From Bacteroidales bacterium (GTDB lineage: Bacteria > Bacteroidota > Bacteroidia > Bacteroidales > VadinHA17), in the NCBI GenBank assembly GCA_021371855.1, contig JAJFVL010000049.1, positions 70,226 through 134,225 on the forward strand: a DNA stretch of 64,000 nt. Direction: 5' to 3'. Under the pieces are notes generated by a model. It worked only from the letters and a program-made list of their open reading frames with translations. It ran no database searches and was not told the DNA's origin. Position numbers and translations under genes: made by a program. Positions 10,001-20,070 of this stretch are shown here, piece by piece. Position 1 is the stretch's first letter; each line of letters opens with the position of its first letter.

Positions 10001-13000
10001 TGATTTTGAAACAGCCAATATTCAGTATATAGAGTTTTGGATGATGGATCCTTTCGTTGAGGACTCCTCCCATGAAGGAGGCGATCTCTACTTTAATCTG
10101 GGAAACGTTTCTGAAGATATTCTTCGCGATTCAAGGAAGAGTTTTGAGAACGGGCTTCCTGGTTCAGCTCTTAATATTAATATTGATACTACAGAATGGG
10201 GAAGGGTTCCTTCTGTCCAGTCGGTCGTTAATGCATTTGATAATAACCCGCAATCAAGGGAATATCAGGATGTGGGATTGGACGGCTTAAAAGATGTGGA
10301 TGAGGAAACATATTTTTCAGATTATCTTCAGAAGGCCGCACTTGTTGTTGACCAGAATGTATATCCGGAAATCTACAAAGACCCTTCAAATGATGATTTT
10401 CACTATTTCAGGGGATCAGATTATGATTCAGAAGAGAAAGGAATTCTTGAAAGATACAAGAAATATAACGGGCCGGACGGTAACTCACCTACTTCTGAAA
10501 TGTCAAAAGAATCATATCCGACAGCCGGATCTACTTTGCCGGATATGGAAGATGTTAACCGGGATAATACTTTGAGCGAAACAGAGAGTTATTATCAGTA
10601 TAAGGTTAGTCTGAGACCTGGTGACTTGAAAGTTGGTTCGAATTATATTGTTGATGAGATTGAATATAATGCTAAAATGGCTAATGGAACGAAGTCAGCC
10701 GTGAAATGGTATCAGTTTAAAATCCCTATATCGGAGTATCAGAAAAAAGTAGGTGTGATTAGCGATTTTAAATCGATTCGTTTTATGCGAATGTTTATGA
10801 AGGATTTCAATAAGCCTGTTATTATGCGTCTGGCAGAGCTTAACCTTGTGAGGGCTGATTGGAGGAAATATAATCTTGCATTTATGGAAGGAGGCGAACG
10901 GGTAACTGTACCAGAAACATCCGACGCAACATTTGAATTAAGCTCAGTGAGTATTGAGGAAAATGCAAGCAAAGTTCCTGTTAATTATGTATTGCCCCCG
11001 GGGTTCGACAGATCAATTGATCCAACGAATACCCAGCTGACACAACTTGATGAACAGTCAATGGTCCTGAAAGTACAGGATATCGCCGATGGTGATGCCA
11101 GGGCGGCATACAGGTCTGTAAACCTGGATCTCAGGCAATACCGGAGTATGAAAATGGAAGTTCATGCCGAAGCAATACCCGGTACACCTCTGAACGATGA
11201 TGAATTGACGGCCTTTATAAGGATAGGGTCTGATTATAAATCGAATTTTTATGAATACGAAGTTCCATTAAAGATTACTCCTCCTGGTGATTATGACAAT
11301 AACTCAGATGAATCGAGAAGGTTAGTGTGGCCTGAAGAAAATAGTTTTAAAATAAACTTTTCGGTTCTTCAGGAAGCTAAAAAGGAACGGAACAGACAAA
11401 TGAATAAAGAGGGATCAACATTAAGCCTTTCGGATGTCTTTGCCTTTGCTGACGATTCAAATAAGGTATATGTGGCTGGAAATCCAAACCTGAGCAATGT
11501 TAAAGTAATCATGGTAGGTGTGAGAAATCCTATCAAAACCAGAAGTCCCGAAACAGATGATGGCATTTCAAAATCAGGAGAGGTTTGGGTAAATGAATTA
11601 AGACTTAGCGATTTTGTTGAAGATGGAGGGTGGGCCGCAAATGGACATATGCAATTGAAACTGGCCGATCTCGGTTCTGTTGACCTTGTTGGACAGGCCA
11701 GTTCAGCAGGCTGGGGCAGTATCGACTCAAAAGTAAATGAGAGGAGCCTTGACAAAACATTGGAATACGACTTGTCCTCAAGCCTGGAACTGGGAAAATT
11801 CTTCCCTGAAAAGGTGGGAGTTCGCCTTCCTGTTTATTTGGGTTTGTCTGAATCGAGAATTACTCCCCTTTACGATCCTCTCAACCCTGATATCCATCTG
11901 GATGAAACATTGGCTGAAGCTCCCAATGAACACACCCGGGACTCAATACTGGCTATCGCTCAGGATTATTCCCGGCGAAAAACGTTTACAATAAGTAATG
12001 CCGGAATCACAAAGAGGGGAGAGAAGCCACATGCATGGGACCTGGCAAACTTAAGTATAAACTATACCTATAATGAAATTTACCATAGAAATACCACAAC
12101 TGAGATTGATCTTGAAAAGACGTATAAGGGTGCATTAAACTATAACTTTGAAGCAAACCCTTCCAATATTATGCCTTTTAAAAATGTAAAACTTTTTAAT
12201 GGGCCTCTTTTTAAACTGATCAAAGATTTCAACTTTTATCCGTTCCCTAAAAGTATATCCGTCAGGAATGAATTATACCGGTATTATAATGAAGTGAAAA
12301 TGAGAAATATTAACAATCCTGGTCTTCTTATTGAACCTACCTTCGACAAAGATTTCACTTGGACCAGGATATATGACGTTAAGTGGGATTTAACGCGGCA
12401 GTTAAAATTTGATTTTACTGCTACTAACATAGCAAAAATTGACGAACCTTTCGGAGGAGTCGACAAGAAGAGATACAGGAGTGAGTATGAGAACTGGAAA
12501 GATTCGGTTCTTACAAATCTGAAACACTTCGGGAGAAATAAGACATATAATCATAATATTGACATAACATATACCCTGCCAATAAATAAAGTTCCACTTC
12601 TATCATGGGTGAATGCAAATGCCCGATACAGTGCGGATTATCAATGGCAGGCCGGAACGATCTACCCCGATAGTTTGAAAATTGATCTGGGCAATATAAT
12701 TGAAAATAATAATGAGTTTACATTCACTGGAATGGCCAATCTTTCGACTCTTTACAACAAGTCGAAGTTTCTGAAAAACATTGAGAACAACACCCGTCCT
12801 GACGCAGCAAAAAGAGCAAGACTGGATTTAAAGACTGTTACCTATGAAAAAGAAAATGTAAACTTTAAACGCAATACTTTAAAAGGGATTGTTCATAACC
12901 TGAAAACTTCTGAAGTAAAAGTCAGGATAACCGATAAGAAAGGGGCAGAAGTAAAGGGAAAAATGGTCATTGTGAATGATAACAGAATAAATTTCACTCC

Positions 13001-14483
13001 TTCTGAGAAAGTCGACAGTGCGAAGGTGGTAATTGAAGGAAAAATTCAGCAAAAACGCAATCCTCTGACAGTAGCTGGCCAATATATGATCCGGGCGCTA
13101 ATGGGCCTCAGATCGGTAAGTCTTACCTATACCTCAGCCCAGGGACAATTTCTTCCTGGTTTTCTGCCAGGGACAAGTTACCTGGGTATGTCAAAAACCA
13201 ATGGTGTCCTTGCTCCCGGGCTGCCATTCGTATTCGGTTTTTCTGATGAAAATTTCTTCGATAAAGCAATGAACAGGGGTTGGATTACAACTGACACACT
13301 TCTTAGTACACCAGCTATTCAGAATAATAAATTTGATCTTTCTTTTCGCGGTACAATTGAACCTTTCCCGGGATTGCGGATTGATGTAAATGCTGACAGA
13401 CGATTTTCTGAGAATATCAGTTCATATTATATGGCCGATAGTAATGGAAATTTCCCCGACAGTACACGTAACCGTAATACTTCTGGCAGCTATTCAATTT
13501 CTATTATCTCATGGGGAACAGCTTTTGAGAAAATATCAAAAAGCAGTAATTATGTTTCGCCTACCTTTGAAGCGTTTAAGGAGAATACTTTAATCATTTC
13601 TCGGAGAAGAGCAGAGGAGAGGCAGAAAGCTGATGCCAGTTATAACCCTGATGGTGGTTCTGAAGAATCATACAAGAGTGGATACGGGAGCACCTCGAGA
13701 GAAGTTTTGATACCTTCATTTATTGCAGCATATACAAAAACAGATCCCGGTAAGGTAAGCCTCGAAACATTCCCTTCCGCTTTAAAAATGATGCCAAACT
13801 GGAGAATAAATTTTGAAGGATTGTCAAAGTTTGAATTTATTAAAAAAACTTTCAGATCGGTGACTCTGACACATCAGTACAGAAGCGTTTATCAGATCGG
13901 TTCGTATACGACAAATCTGAATTATATTGATCAGGGAAATGGCATAAACTCGATCAGGGATCTTCAGGACAATTATATTCAGAAATATGAGATTGATGCT
14001 GTGGCAATCAGCGAACAGTTCAGCCCGTTGATAAATGTCGATATGAACTGGCAAAATAGTCTGACAACAAGATTTGAATGGAAAAAATCAAGAACAGTTA
14101 CTCTTAACCTGTCAAGTAATCAGATTACGGATTCACATGTAAATGAGCTTATTATCGGAGCCGGATACAGGTTTGATGATGTTCAGATAATTCTAAAAAC
14201 TGGCGGAGGGCAAAAGGCTCTTAAAAGTGACCTGAACCTGCGACTGGATTTCTCGGTCCGCGATAATAAAACTCTGACCAGAAAATTTATCGAAGATGTT
14301 AATCAACCGGTTTCGGGACAGAAAGTATTTACCACAGGAATCACTGCCGATTATGTCTTAAGTGATAGGTTCAAATTGCAGGTATTTGCTGATCATGCCT
14401 TGAATAATCCATTTGTTGCAACTACTTATCCTACTGCAAATACTAACTTCGGATTCAGCCTTGAGTTCACACTTGCTCAATAA
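7074..14483 (+). CDS. sprA: Type IX secretion system translocon / cell-surface protein SprA (Sov)
   Basis: A single 2469-aa ORF with an N-terminal signal-like segment (LLVFSSLVLFASLFL) and a beta-rich composition ending in a barrel-like C-terminus (NFGFSLEFTLAQ). The size and character match Bacteroidota SprA. It appears to start at TTG 7074. Confidence 0.85.
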   Translation: MRSGILYKNLLVFSSLVLFASLFLRSEEASSQNVIQNASADTTRHSVLRLKDNSGNPWEQKKKAPLFLDNPSNIKSSVFYDPDKNEYILYQKVGAFNYRTPVHMSPQEYRKYEYSKSMRDYWQSRIAGDESGFKSGLIPQIEFGGEAFDKIFGSNTINIIPQGSAELIFGMNISTTENPILSEELRTIPTFDFDEKIQMNVTGTIGDKVELGINYNTDALFDFENKTKLQYAGKEDEIIKKIEAGDVTLPLTSSLISGSYSLFGLKTEMQFGKLTMTTVLSQQKGELSTIKVKGGAQQTAFEIYADDYEANRHFFLSQYFRDIYDNALQNLPTVSSGVAIQKIEVWVTNKTSSYEDARNIVAFADLGEGKNHIFNKIPSFQATGSTKYPDNSTNQLYDKLTSTYSPIRDIDQVINILDPLSPDFQIGRDYEKIENARKLSPKEYIINEHLGYISLNTALNTDEVLAVAYEYTLNGQLYKVGEFSTDGVTAPQTLILKLLKGTTLSPKYPTWNLMMKNIYSLGSGTLERNDFELNVLYEDDKTGNSINYLPEGRLANQILLKVLGLDNLNSSQDWASDGFFDFIDGITVMVNKGKVIFPVIEPFGSYLRKKIGNANVADKYVFQELYDSTQTVAQQMAEKNKFKLAGHYSSEAGSEIRLNATNIPEGSLKVTAGGVTLTENQDYTVDYNLGIVTIINSSLIESETPIDVSLESNQYFGFQTKTLVGTHLDYKVSNNFNIGGTLLHLNERPYTQKVNYGEEPISNTIWGMNTSYKTESQLLTKALDKIPLLETKTPSSFSFDGEFAELVPGHSKSISTAGNSYIDDFESSEIPLDMKSFNAWTLSSIPQGQAQLFPEAGLTNNLTSGYNRARIAWYVIDPLFLENGSSTPSHIRKNANEQSSHFVREIYENEIFPNKESTTGLPTTIPVLNIAYYPEEKGPYNFDAGPGSYSKGMDSKGKLKDPESRWGGIMREVLTSDFETANIQYIEFWMMDPFVEDSSHEGGDLYFNLGNVSEDILRDSRKSFENGLPGSALNINIDTTEWGRVPSVQSVVNAFDNNPQSREYQDVGLDGLKDVDEETYFSDYLQKAALVVDQNVYPEIYKDPSNDDFHYFRGSDYDSEEKGILERYKKYNGPDGNSPTSEMSKESYPTAGSTLPDMEDVNRDNTLSETESYYQYKVSLRPGDLKVGSNYIVDEIEYNAKMANGTKSAVKWYQFKIPISEYQKKVGVISDFKSIRFMRMFMKDFNKPVIMRLAELNLVRADWRKYNLAFMEGGERVTVPETSDATFELSSVSIEENASKVPVNYVLPPGFDRSIDPTNTQLTQLDEQSMVLKVQDIADGDARAAYRSVNLDLRQYRSMKMEVHAEAIPGTPLNDDELTAFIRIGSDYKSNFYEYEVPLKITPPGDYDNNSDESRRLVWPEENSFKINFSVLQEAKKERNRQMNKEGSTLSLSDVFAFADDSNKVYVAGNPNLSNVKVIMVGVRNPIKTRSPETDDGISKSGEVWVNELRLSDFVEDGGWAANGHMQLKLADLGSVDLVGQASSAGWGSIDSKVNERSLDKTLEYDLSSSLELGKFFPEKVGVRLPVYLGLSESRITPLYDPLNPDIHLDETLAEAPNEHTRDSILAIAQDYSRRKTFTISNAGITKRGEKPHAWDLANLSINYTYNEIYHRNTTTEIDLEKTYKGALNYNFEANPSNIMPFKNVKLFNGPLFKLIKDFNFYPFPKSISVRNELYRYYNEVKMRNINNPGLLIEPTFDKDFTWTRIYDVKWDLTRQLKFDFTATNIAKIDEPFGGVDKKRYRSEYENWKDSVLTNLKHFGRNKTYNHNIDITYTLPINKVPLLSWVNANARYSADYQWQAGTIYPDSLKIDLGNIIENNNEFTFTGMANLSTLYNKSKFLKNIENNTRPDAAKRARLDLKTVTYEKENVNFKRNTLKGIVHNLKTSEVKVRITDKKGAEVKGKMVIVNDNRINFTPSEKVDSAKVVIEGKIQQKRNPLTVAGQYMIRALMGLRSVSLTYTSAQGQFLPGFLPGTSYLGMSKTNGVLAPGLPFVFGFSDENFFDKAMNRGWITTDTLLSTPAIQNNKFDLSFRGTIEPFPGLRIDVNADRRFSENISSYYMADSNGNFPDSTRNRNTSGSYSISIISWGTAFEKISKSSNYVSPTFEAFKENTLIISRRRAEERQKADASYNPDGGSEESYKSGYGSTSREVLIPSFIAAYTKTDPGKVSLETFPSALKMMPNWRINFEGLSKFEFIKKTFRSVTLTHQYRSVYQIGSYTTNLNYIDQGNGINSIRDLQDNYIQKYEIDAVAISEQFSPLINVDMNWQNSLTTRFEWKKSRTVTLNLSSNQITDSHVNELIIGAGYRFDDVQIILKTGGGQKALKSDLNLRLDFSVRDNKTLTRKFIEDVNQPVSGQKVFTTGITADYVLSDRFKLQVFADHALNNPFVATTYPTANTNFGFSLEFTLAQ

Positions 14484-14620
14484 GATAGGACCAGTGGAAT
14501 TAAGGAATTAGGCCCCATTTCGAAAATTAATATTCTATTAGGATATTCATGAAGAAAAAAATCTTTATTTTTGATCAGTCCAACAAAAAAGATTCTAATT
14601 AAAACCTAAAACCTTAAGAT

Positions 14621-14995
14621 ATGAATGTTCCTGTAGATTTATTGTACACCAAAGACCATGAATGGCTTCGCGTTGAAGGTGACATGGGTTATGTGGGAGT
14701 CACCGATTTTGCACAGGGTGAATTAGGGGATATTGTTTTCATAGAAATAGAAACCCTTGGAGAGACACTTAATAAAGAGGATGTATTTGGCACCATTGAG
14801 GCTGTTAAGACAGTATCAGATATGTTTATGCCTGTAAGCGGAGAGATACTTGAAGTAAATCCTGCTCTTGAAGAATCTCCTGATGTGGTAAATAAAGATC
14901 CGTATGGAAAAGGATGGATGGTCAAAATCAAGATCAGTGATCCTTCCCAGGTCAATGATCTTCTCACTTCGGAAAAGTATAAGGCAATTATTTAA
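14621..14995 (+). CDS. gcvH: Glycine cleavage system protein H
   Basis: 124 aa with the lipoyl-lysine motif IEAVKTVSDMFMPVSGEI and the LLYTKDHEW N-terminus. Confidence 0.93.
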   Translation: MNVPVDLLYTKDHEWLRVEGDMGYVGVTDFAQGELGDIVFIEIETLGETLNKEDVFGTIEAVKTVSDMFMPVSGEILEVNPALEESPDVVNKDPYGKGWMVKIKISDPSQVNDLLTSEKYKAII

Positions 14996-15024
14996 TTCTT
15001 CCTCATGGGGTAGTTTAAAGAGAT

Positions 15025-15063
15025 AAAAAAAATAGCGCAGTGTTCAACTGCGCTATTTTTTTT
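15025..15063. terminator. Bidirectional intrinsic terminator between convergent gcvH and infB
   Basis: 9-bp stem ATAGCGCAG / CTGCGCTAT with a 7-nt loop, flanked by an A-run on the left and a T-run on the right. Confidence 0.75.
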
Positions 15064-15103
15064 ACGATTATCCTTGTGTACTTCAGGATGTTCCAAACAG
15101 AAT

Positions 15104-18100
15104 TTAAAGTGTCTTCTTAACTTCAAACTCCTTATAACCTTCAACTATATCTCCGGTTTTTATGTCGTTGAAATTATGGATGTTAAGCCCACATTCATAT
15201 CCGCCAACAACTTCCTTGACGTCATCTTTAAAGCGTTTGAGTGATCCGAGTTCTCCCGTATGAATTACAATACCATCACGGATGATCCTAACCTTTGTGT
15301 TCCTTGTGATTTTGCCTTCTTTTACATAGCAACCGGCCACTGTTCCGACTTTTGTGACTTTAAATATTTCGCGTATTTCAAGCGTTGCAACAATCTCCTC
15401 TTTTACCTCCGGCATTAGCATTCCTTCCATAGCTGATTTGATCTCTTCGATAGCATTGTAAATTATGGAATAGAGGCGTACATCAATTTCTTCTTTCTCA
15501 GCAAGTTTTCGTGCACTTGAAGAGGGCCTGACCTGAAATCCAACTATAATTGCATTTGATGCAGCAGCCAGAAGTACATCAGATTCGGATATCTGTCCAA
15601 CAGCCTTGTGAATAATATTCAGCTCAATCTCAGGTGTTGAAAGTTTAATAAGCGAGTCGCTCAATGCTTCAACAGAACCGTCAACATCACCTTTAACAAT
15701 GATGTTAAGCTCCTGGAAGTTACCGATAGCAATTCTTCGGCCTATTTCATCAAGGGTTATATGTTTCTGGGTGCGGAGACCCTGCTCCCTCTGAAGCTGA
15801 GCTCTTTTTGTGGCGATATCTTTTGCCTCATGGTCATTCTCCATTACGTTAAATTTATCACCGGCCTGAGGTGCTCCGTTTAGTCCTAATATAAGGGCGG
15901 GCGTGGCAGGACCAACTTCGATAACCCTGTTTCCTCTTTCGTTGTACATAGCTTTGATGTGCCCGTAGCAGGCACCAGCGATTACAATATCACCAATTCT
16001 GAGAGTTCCTGCTTTAACCAGTACTGTCGACGTAAATCCTCTTCCTTTGTCGAGGGCTGATTCAATTATTGTTCCGATTGCCGGTTTGTCAGGATTTGCT
16101 TTAAGGTCAAGCATTTCGGCTTCTAAAAGGATCTTGTCAAGAAGAAGGTCAATATTAAGGCCACTTTTCGCCGATATCTCCTGCGATTGATATTTGCCAC
16201 CCCAGTCTTCAACCAGATAATTCATATTAGCCAACGCCTCTTTAATCCTGTCAGAATTTGCAGTAGGCTTATCAATTTTGTTGATAGCAAATATTATCGG
16301 AACCCCTGCTGCTGAGGCATGATTTATAGCTTCAATTGTCTGAGGCATAACACCGTCATCGGCAGCAACTACGATTATTGCAATATCTGTTATCTGAGCG
16401 CCACGGGCACGCATAGCAGTAAAGGCTTCGTGACCTGGTGTATCAAGAAAAGTTATCTGACGTCCATCGTTGAGGATGACTGAATAAGCCCCGATATGCT
16501 GAGTAATACCTCCTGCTTCGCCACCTATAACATTGGTGTTTCGTATATAGTCGAGGAGTTTTGTTTTACCATGATCAACATGTCCCATTACGGTCACAAT
16601 AGGCGGCCTTGGTTTCAGATCTTTATCATCATCTTCAGTTTCCCTTACAGCTTCCTGTAATTCAGCACTGACAAATTCTACCTTAAAGCCAAATTCATCT
16701 GCAAGAAGTGACATTGTTTCAGCATCAAGACGCTGGTTAATCGAGACAAAAAGCCCAAGGTTCATACATGTCGAAATAATATCGGTAACAGGAGTATTCA
16801 TCATCGAAGCAAGTTCATTAACCGATACGAATTCAGTCACCTTAAGAATATTCTTTTCCTGTTCAATCTTGTCAACTTCCTCTTTTTGTTTTTGGCTTAA
16901 TGCCTCTCTTTTGTCTCTTCTGTACCTTGACCCTTTTGATTTACCTTTAGTGATAAGTCTGGCCAGGGTCTCTTTAATCTGCTTCTGAACTTCTTCTTCA
17001 TTCACTTCAGCCCTGATAGGTCTTTTTCTGACAACCTTCTTAGTGCCGGCTTTATCTTTTTTGTCAGTAGGAACCGGCTTCACAACAGGAGTTCCCTCTT
17101 TTTCTTTCAGTATTCTCTTTCTTCTCTTCTTCCTCCTGAAATCTGAATCTCCACCTACTCTTACCGGTTGGAACGGAGTAGTTTTCTTTTTCTCTTCTAC
17201 CGGTAAATCAATTTTCCCAACAACTCTGGGGCCTGTTAGTTTTTTAAAATCTGTTTTATATAAAGCTATAACATCCTCTTCCTGTTCAGATATGAGAATG
17301 TCTTCAATTTTGTCCACAGGAATGGGCTGTTCAATCACCGGTTCAGGAATAACCTCTTTGACAACATCCGGCTCCTTATTGCCGGCAATCAATGGTGCCT
17401 CATTTTCAAGGTCTTTTTCTTTAACAATAACAATCTTTTTAACAGGCTTTTCCCTGTGTTCCTTTTTGTGCTCTTCTTTCTTAACGGGCTTTGTCTCTTT
17501 TTTAACCGCATCAAGATCAATTTTCCCAACAATATGAAAGTCAATATTTACTTTTGGTTTCTCTTCTTCAAAAGGAGCATAAACAACGGGAACTTCCTTC
17601 ACGGGTGCTGATTTTTTTTCCTCAGTTTTAACTGGTTCAACCGGAGCTATTGGGGGCTTTGGAACCGCTACTTCTTTCACAGGGGGTTCCTTTTCAACCT
17701 TTGGCCTTAAAGTTTTTTCGAGATCTATTTTGCCAACAAGCTTAATATCAGGTTTTTTGATCTCTGTCTTTATATCAACAGTTGTTTTGATACCTGTGGA
17801 GTCTTTTACAAGGACATCTTCATCCCGTTCTGACTCTTCAGTGTCGACTGTTTCTGAAAAATCATCAATAGAAACAGATTCTTTTTTCTTGTGAAGATCT
17901 TTAAGAATGAGCTTTTCAGATTCCTTTTTTACGCTGATATCTGTACTATATTCTTTTACAAGCAAAATATAAGCTTCGTGCGGAAGTTTAGTATTTGGGT
18001 TGGGATCAAGATCAAACCCCTTCTTGTGCAGGAAGTCCACAATAGTGGATATTCCCACATTGAATTCGCGGGCTGCTTTGCTTAATCGTGTACCCTTAAT

Positions 18101-18112
18101 TTCCTCTGTCAT
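15104..18112 (-). CDS. infB: Translation initiation factor IF-2
   Basis: 1002 aa. The G-domain motifs GHVDHGKTKLLD, DTPGHEAF and NKIDK are present, along with the K/E/P-rich low-complexity N-terminal region typical of IF-2. Confidence 0.95.
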   Translation of the reverse strand: MTEEIKGTRLSKAAREFNVGISTIVDFLHKKGFDLDPNPNTKLPHEAYILLVKEYSTDISVKKESEKLILKDLHKKKESVSIDDFSETVDTEESERDEDVLVKDSTGIKTTVDIKTEIKKPDIKLVGKIDLEKTLRPKVEKEPPVKEVAVPKPPIAPVEPVKTEEKKSAPVKEVPVVYAPFEEEKPKVNIDFHIVGKIDLDAVKKETKPVKKEEHKKEHREKPVKKIVIVKEKDLENEAPLIAGNKEPDVVKEVIPEPVIEQPIPVDKIEDILISEQEEDVIALYKTDFKKLTGPRVVGKIDLPVEEKKKTTPFQPVRVGGDSDFRRKKRRKRILKEKEGTPVVKPVPTDKKDKAGTKKVVRKRPIRAEVNEEEVQKQIKETLARLITKGKSKGSRYRRDKREALSQKQKEEVDKIEQEKNILKVTEFVSVNELASMMNTPVTDIISTCMNLGLFVSINQRLDAETMSLLADEFGFKVEFVSAELQEAVRETEDDDKDLKPRPPIVTVMGHVDHGKTKLLDYIRNTNVIGGEAGGITQHIGAYSVILNDGRQITFLDTPGHEAFTAMRARGAQITDIAIIVVAADDGVMPQTIEAINHASAAGVPIIFAINKIDKPTANSDRIKEALANMNYLVEDWGGKYQSQEISAKSGLNIDLLLDKILLEAEMLDLKANPDKPAIGTIIESALDKGRGFTSTVLVKAGTLRIGDIVIAGACYGHIKAMYNERGNRVIEVGPATPALILGLNGAPQAGDKFNVMENDHEAKDIATKRAQLQREQGLRTQKHITLDEIGRRIAIGNFQELNIIVKGDVDGSVEALSDSLIKLSTPEIELNIIHKAVGQISESDVLLAAASNAIIVGFQVRPSSSARKLAEKEEIDVRLYSIIYNAIEEIKSAMEGMLMPEVKEEIVATLEIREIFKVTKVGTVAGCYVKEGKITRNTKVRIIRDGIVIHTGELGSLKRFKDDVKEVVGGYECGLNIHNFNDIKTGDIVEGYKEFEVKKTL

Positions 18113-18176
18113 AAAAATGCCTTGCCTTTATTATACTTCAAAAACGAAATAACTGCTAATATTTAATATAATTATC

Positions 18177-19415
18177 TTATTCAAATTCAGCTTTGAGAAT
18201 GTTAACAACTTCTTTTACTGTTTCCTCTTCAAGATCAGTCCTTTTAACGAGGTCGCTGATAGAAAGATTTAAAACACTTCTTGCAGTATCACATCCGATA
18301 GCTTTGAGCTCTTCAATGATCCAATCTTCGATTTCATCACCAAATTCCTCAAGATTGACATCTTCTTCATCTTCTCCATCGGGTTCTCTGTAAACATCAA
18401 TCTCATAACCGGTGAGCTGGCTGGCAAGTTTTATATTAAGGCCCCCTTTACCAATCGCAAGTGAAACCTCATTCGGTTTAAGATAAATTTCAGCCCTTTT
18501 TGTCTCTTCAATAAGTTTGATAGAGGTAATTTTTGCAGGGCTGAGTGCTCTCTGAATAAAAAGCTGGTTGTTTGATGTATAGTTGATTACATCGATATTT
18601 TCATTGCGAAGTTCCCTTACAATACCATGTATCCTTGACCCTTTCATTCCTACACATGCACCAACAGGATCAATTCTTTCGTCGTACGACTCAACGGCTA
18701 CTTTGGCGCGTTCGCCCGGAACCCTTACAATCTTTTTAATGGTAATCAGACCATCAAAGATCTCAGGTACTTCCAGTTCAAATAATCTTTCAAGGAACAC
18801 AGGAGATGTACGGCTGAGAATAATGAAAGGCGTATTGTTTCTCATTTCAACCTTGATTACCACGGCTCTTATTGAATCTCCTTTGCGGAAATGATCGGAA
18901 GGGATCTGTTCGGTTTTTGGTAGAATAAGTTCATTACCATCATCGTCAAGGACAAGTATCTCCCTTTTCCATACCTGATAGACTTCACCTGCAACAATCT
19001 CTCCTATTCTGTCCTTGTACTTGATGTATATATTATTTTTTTCAAGATCAAGTATTCGGGCAGTAAGGTTTTGCCTTAAAGATAATATAGCCCGTCTTCC
19101 GAAGTCAAGAAATTTAACTTCATCCGAAACCTCTTCGCCAACTTCATAATCTTCATCAATCTTTTTTGCTTGTGAAAGAGGTATCTGAATAACGGGATCA
19201 GTTAAATCCTTATCTTCCACAACAACCCTGTTTCTCCATATTTCAAAGTCGCCCTTATCGATATTGACAATAATATCAAAATTATCAGCTGAGCCATACT
19301 TCTTTGCAAGCATGCTTCTGAATACATCTTCAAGAACGCTCATCATTGTTGGGCGGTCAATATTTTTCAGCTCTTTGAATTCCGAAAAGGTGTCGATCAA
19401 ATTAACATTTTCCAT
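18177..19415 (-). CDS. nusA: Transcription termination/antitermination factor NusA
   Basis: 412 aa with an N-terminal domain, an S1 domain and two KH domains (GMKGSRI, IGKGGLNIK). It sits between rimP and infB. Confidence 0.95.
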   Translation of the reverse strand: MENVNLIDTFSEFKELKNIDRPTMMSVLEDVFRSMLAKKYGSADNFDIIVNIDKGDFEIWRNRVVVEDKDLTDPVIQIPLSQAKKIDEDYEVGEEVSDEVKFLDFGRRAILSLRQNLTARILDLEKNNIYIKYKDRIGEIVAGEVYQVWKREILVLDDDGNELILPKTEQIPSDHFRKGDSIRAVVIKVEMRNNTPFIILSRTSPVFLERLFELEVPEIFDGLITIKKIVRVPGERAKVAVESYDERIDPVGACVGMKGSRIHGIVRELRNENIDVINYTSNNQLFIQRALSPAKITSIKLIEETKRAEIYLKPNEVSLAIGKGGLNIKLASQLTGYEIDVYREPDGEDEEDVNLEEFGDEIEDWIIEELKAIGCDTARSVLNLSISDLVKRTDLEEETVKEVVNILKAEFE

Positions 19416-19435
19416 CTGGTGTAAACCTGTTATTA

Positions 19436-19888
19436 TTATTTAATTGTTAAAACAATTCTTACCGATTTTACCTGGTCGAGATTGAACGAAATATCTTTCA
19501 CTTCTTTTGGTTTCCCTTTTATTTTTAATTCGGTTTCAAGTTCAAATCCGCCATTCGTAACGTTCTTTAATATTCCGGAGTATTTAGAGCCATCGTTGTC
19601 GATAACTTCAACTTTTTTGCCCTCATTTTTATAATACTGTTCAATAACTCCGAAAGGTAGGTCAAGCCCGGGGGAAGAAACCTGTAACTCGAAATCCTCA
19701 ATATCACGGTCAAGGTTACTTTCAATATGCCGGTGAATGTCAACACATTCATCAATTGTTATCCCTTCCATAGTATCTGCAAGAACGGTAATCTTGTTGG
19801 AGCTGCTTACTTTTACGGCTACAATAAAGAGCTCAGTCCCTTTGATGAACTCCTTAACCAGATCCTGTATTTTACTTTTTTCTATCAT
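19436..19888 (-). CDS. rimP: Ribosome maturation factor RimP
   Basis: A 150-aa ORF directly upstream of nusA on the same strand. The length and the pattern FIVAVKV...ITVLADT...ITIDECVDIHR match RimP. Confidence 0.88.
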   Translation of the reverse strand: MIEKSKIQDLVKEFIKGTELFIVAVKVSSSNKITVLADTMEGITIDECVDIHRHIESNLDRDIEDFELQVSSPGLDLPFGVIEQYYKNEGKKVEVIDNDGSKYSGILKNVTNGGFELETELKIKGKPKEVKDISFNLDQVKSVRIVLTIK

Positions 19889-19896
19889 ACTTTGAA

Positions 19897-19930
19897 AACC
19901 GATAACAAAATAGGGGACTTTGGTCCCCTA
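19897..19930 (-). promoter_or_regulatory. Terminator-like leader hairpin in the rimP-nusA-infB 5' UTR (candidate attenuator)
   Basis: On the minus strand: UAGGGGAC-CAAA-GUCCCCUA (8-bp stem, 19911-19930), followed by UUUUGUUAUCGGUUUUC and ending 9 nt before the rimP AUG. No minus-strand gene lies upstream that this hairpin could terminate. Confidence 0.4.
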
Positions 19931-19956
19931 GGCTCATTTACCCCTCATTTCGGATA

Positions 19957-19987
19957 CAAAGGTAAATATTATTATTGTAATGTCAAA
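19957..19987 (-). promoter_or_regulatory. Candidate sigma-A promoter of the rimP-nusA-infB operon
   Basis: The minus strand reads TTTG (19987-19984), a 19-nt spacer, then TACCTTTG (19964-19957). This fits the Bacteroides TTTG-N19-21-TAnnTTTG consensus. Confidence 0.4.
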
Positions 19988-20070
19988 ATTATTAATATTA
20001 TTATTGAACTGTTCTGCTTGTGGTTCAAATAAGTAGGGCTAACTTTACGGACTTTTTAACCGAAACAAAT

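Noticed and set aside
17043-17537. 164-aa plus-strand ORF inside infB
   Set aside because: It is antisense to the K/E/P-rich N-terminal region of IF-2. It is a compositional artefact with no start context or motifs.
16900-17900. Lys/Glu/Pro-rich low-complexity and quasi-repetitive coding region
   Set aside because: This is the normal, variable N-terminal domain of IF-2, not a separate element.
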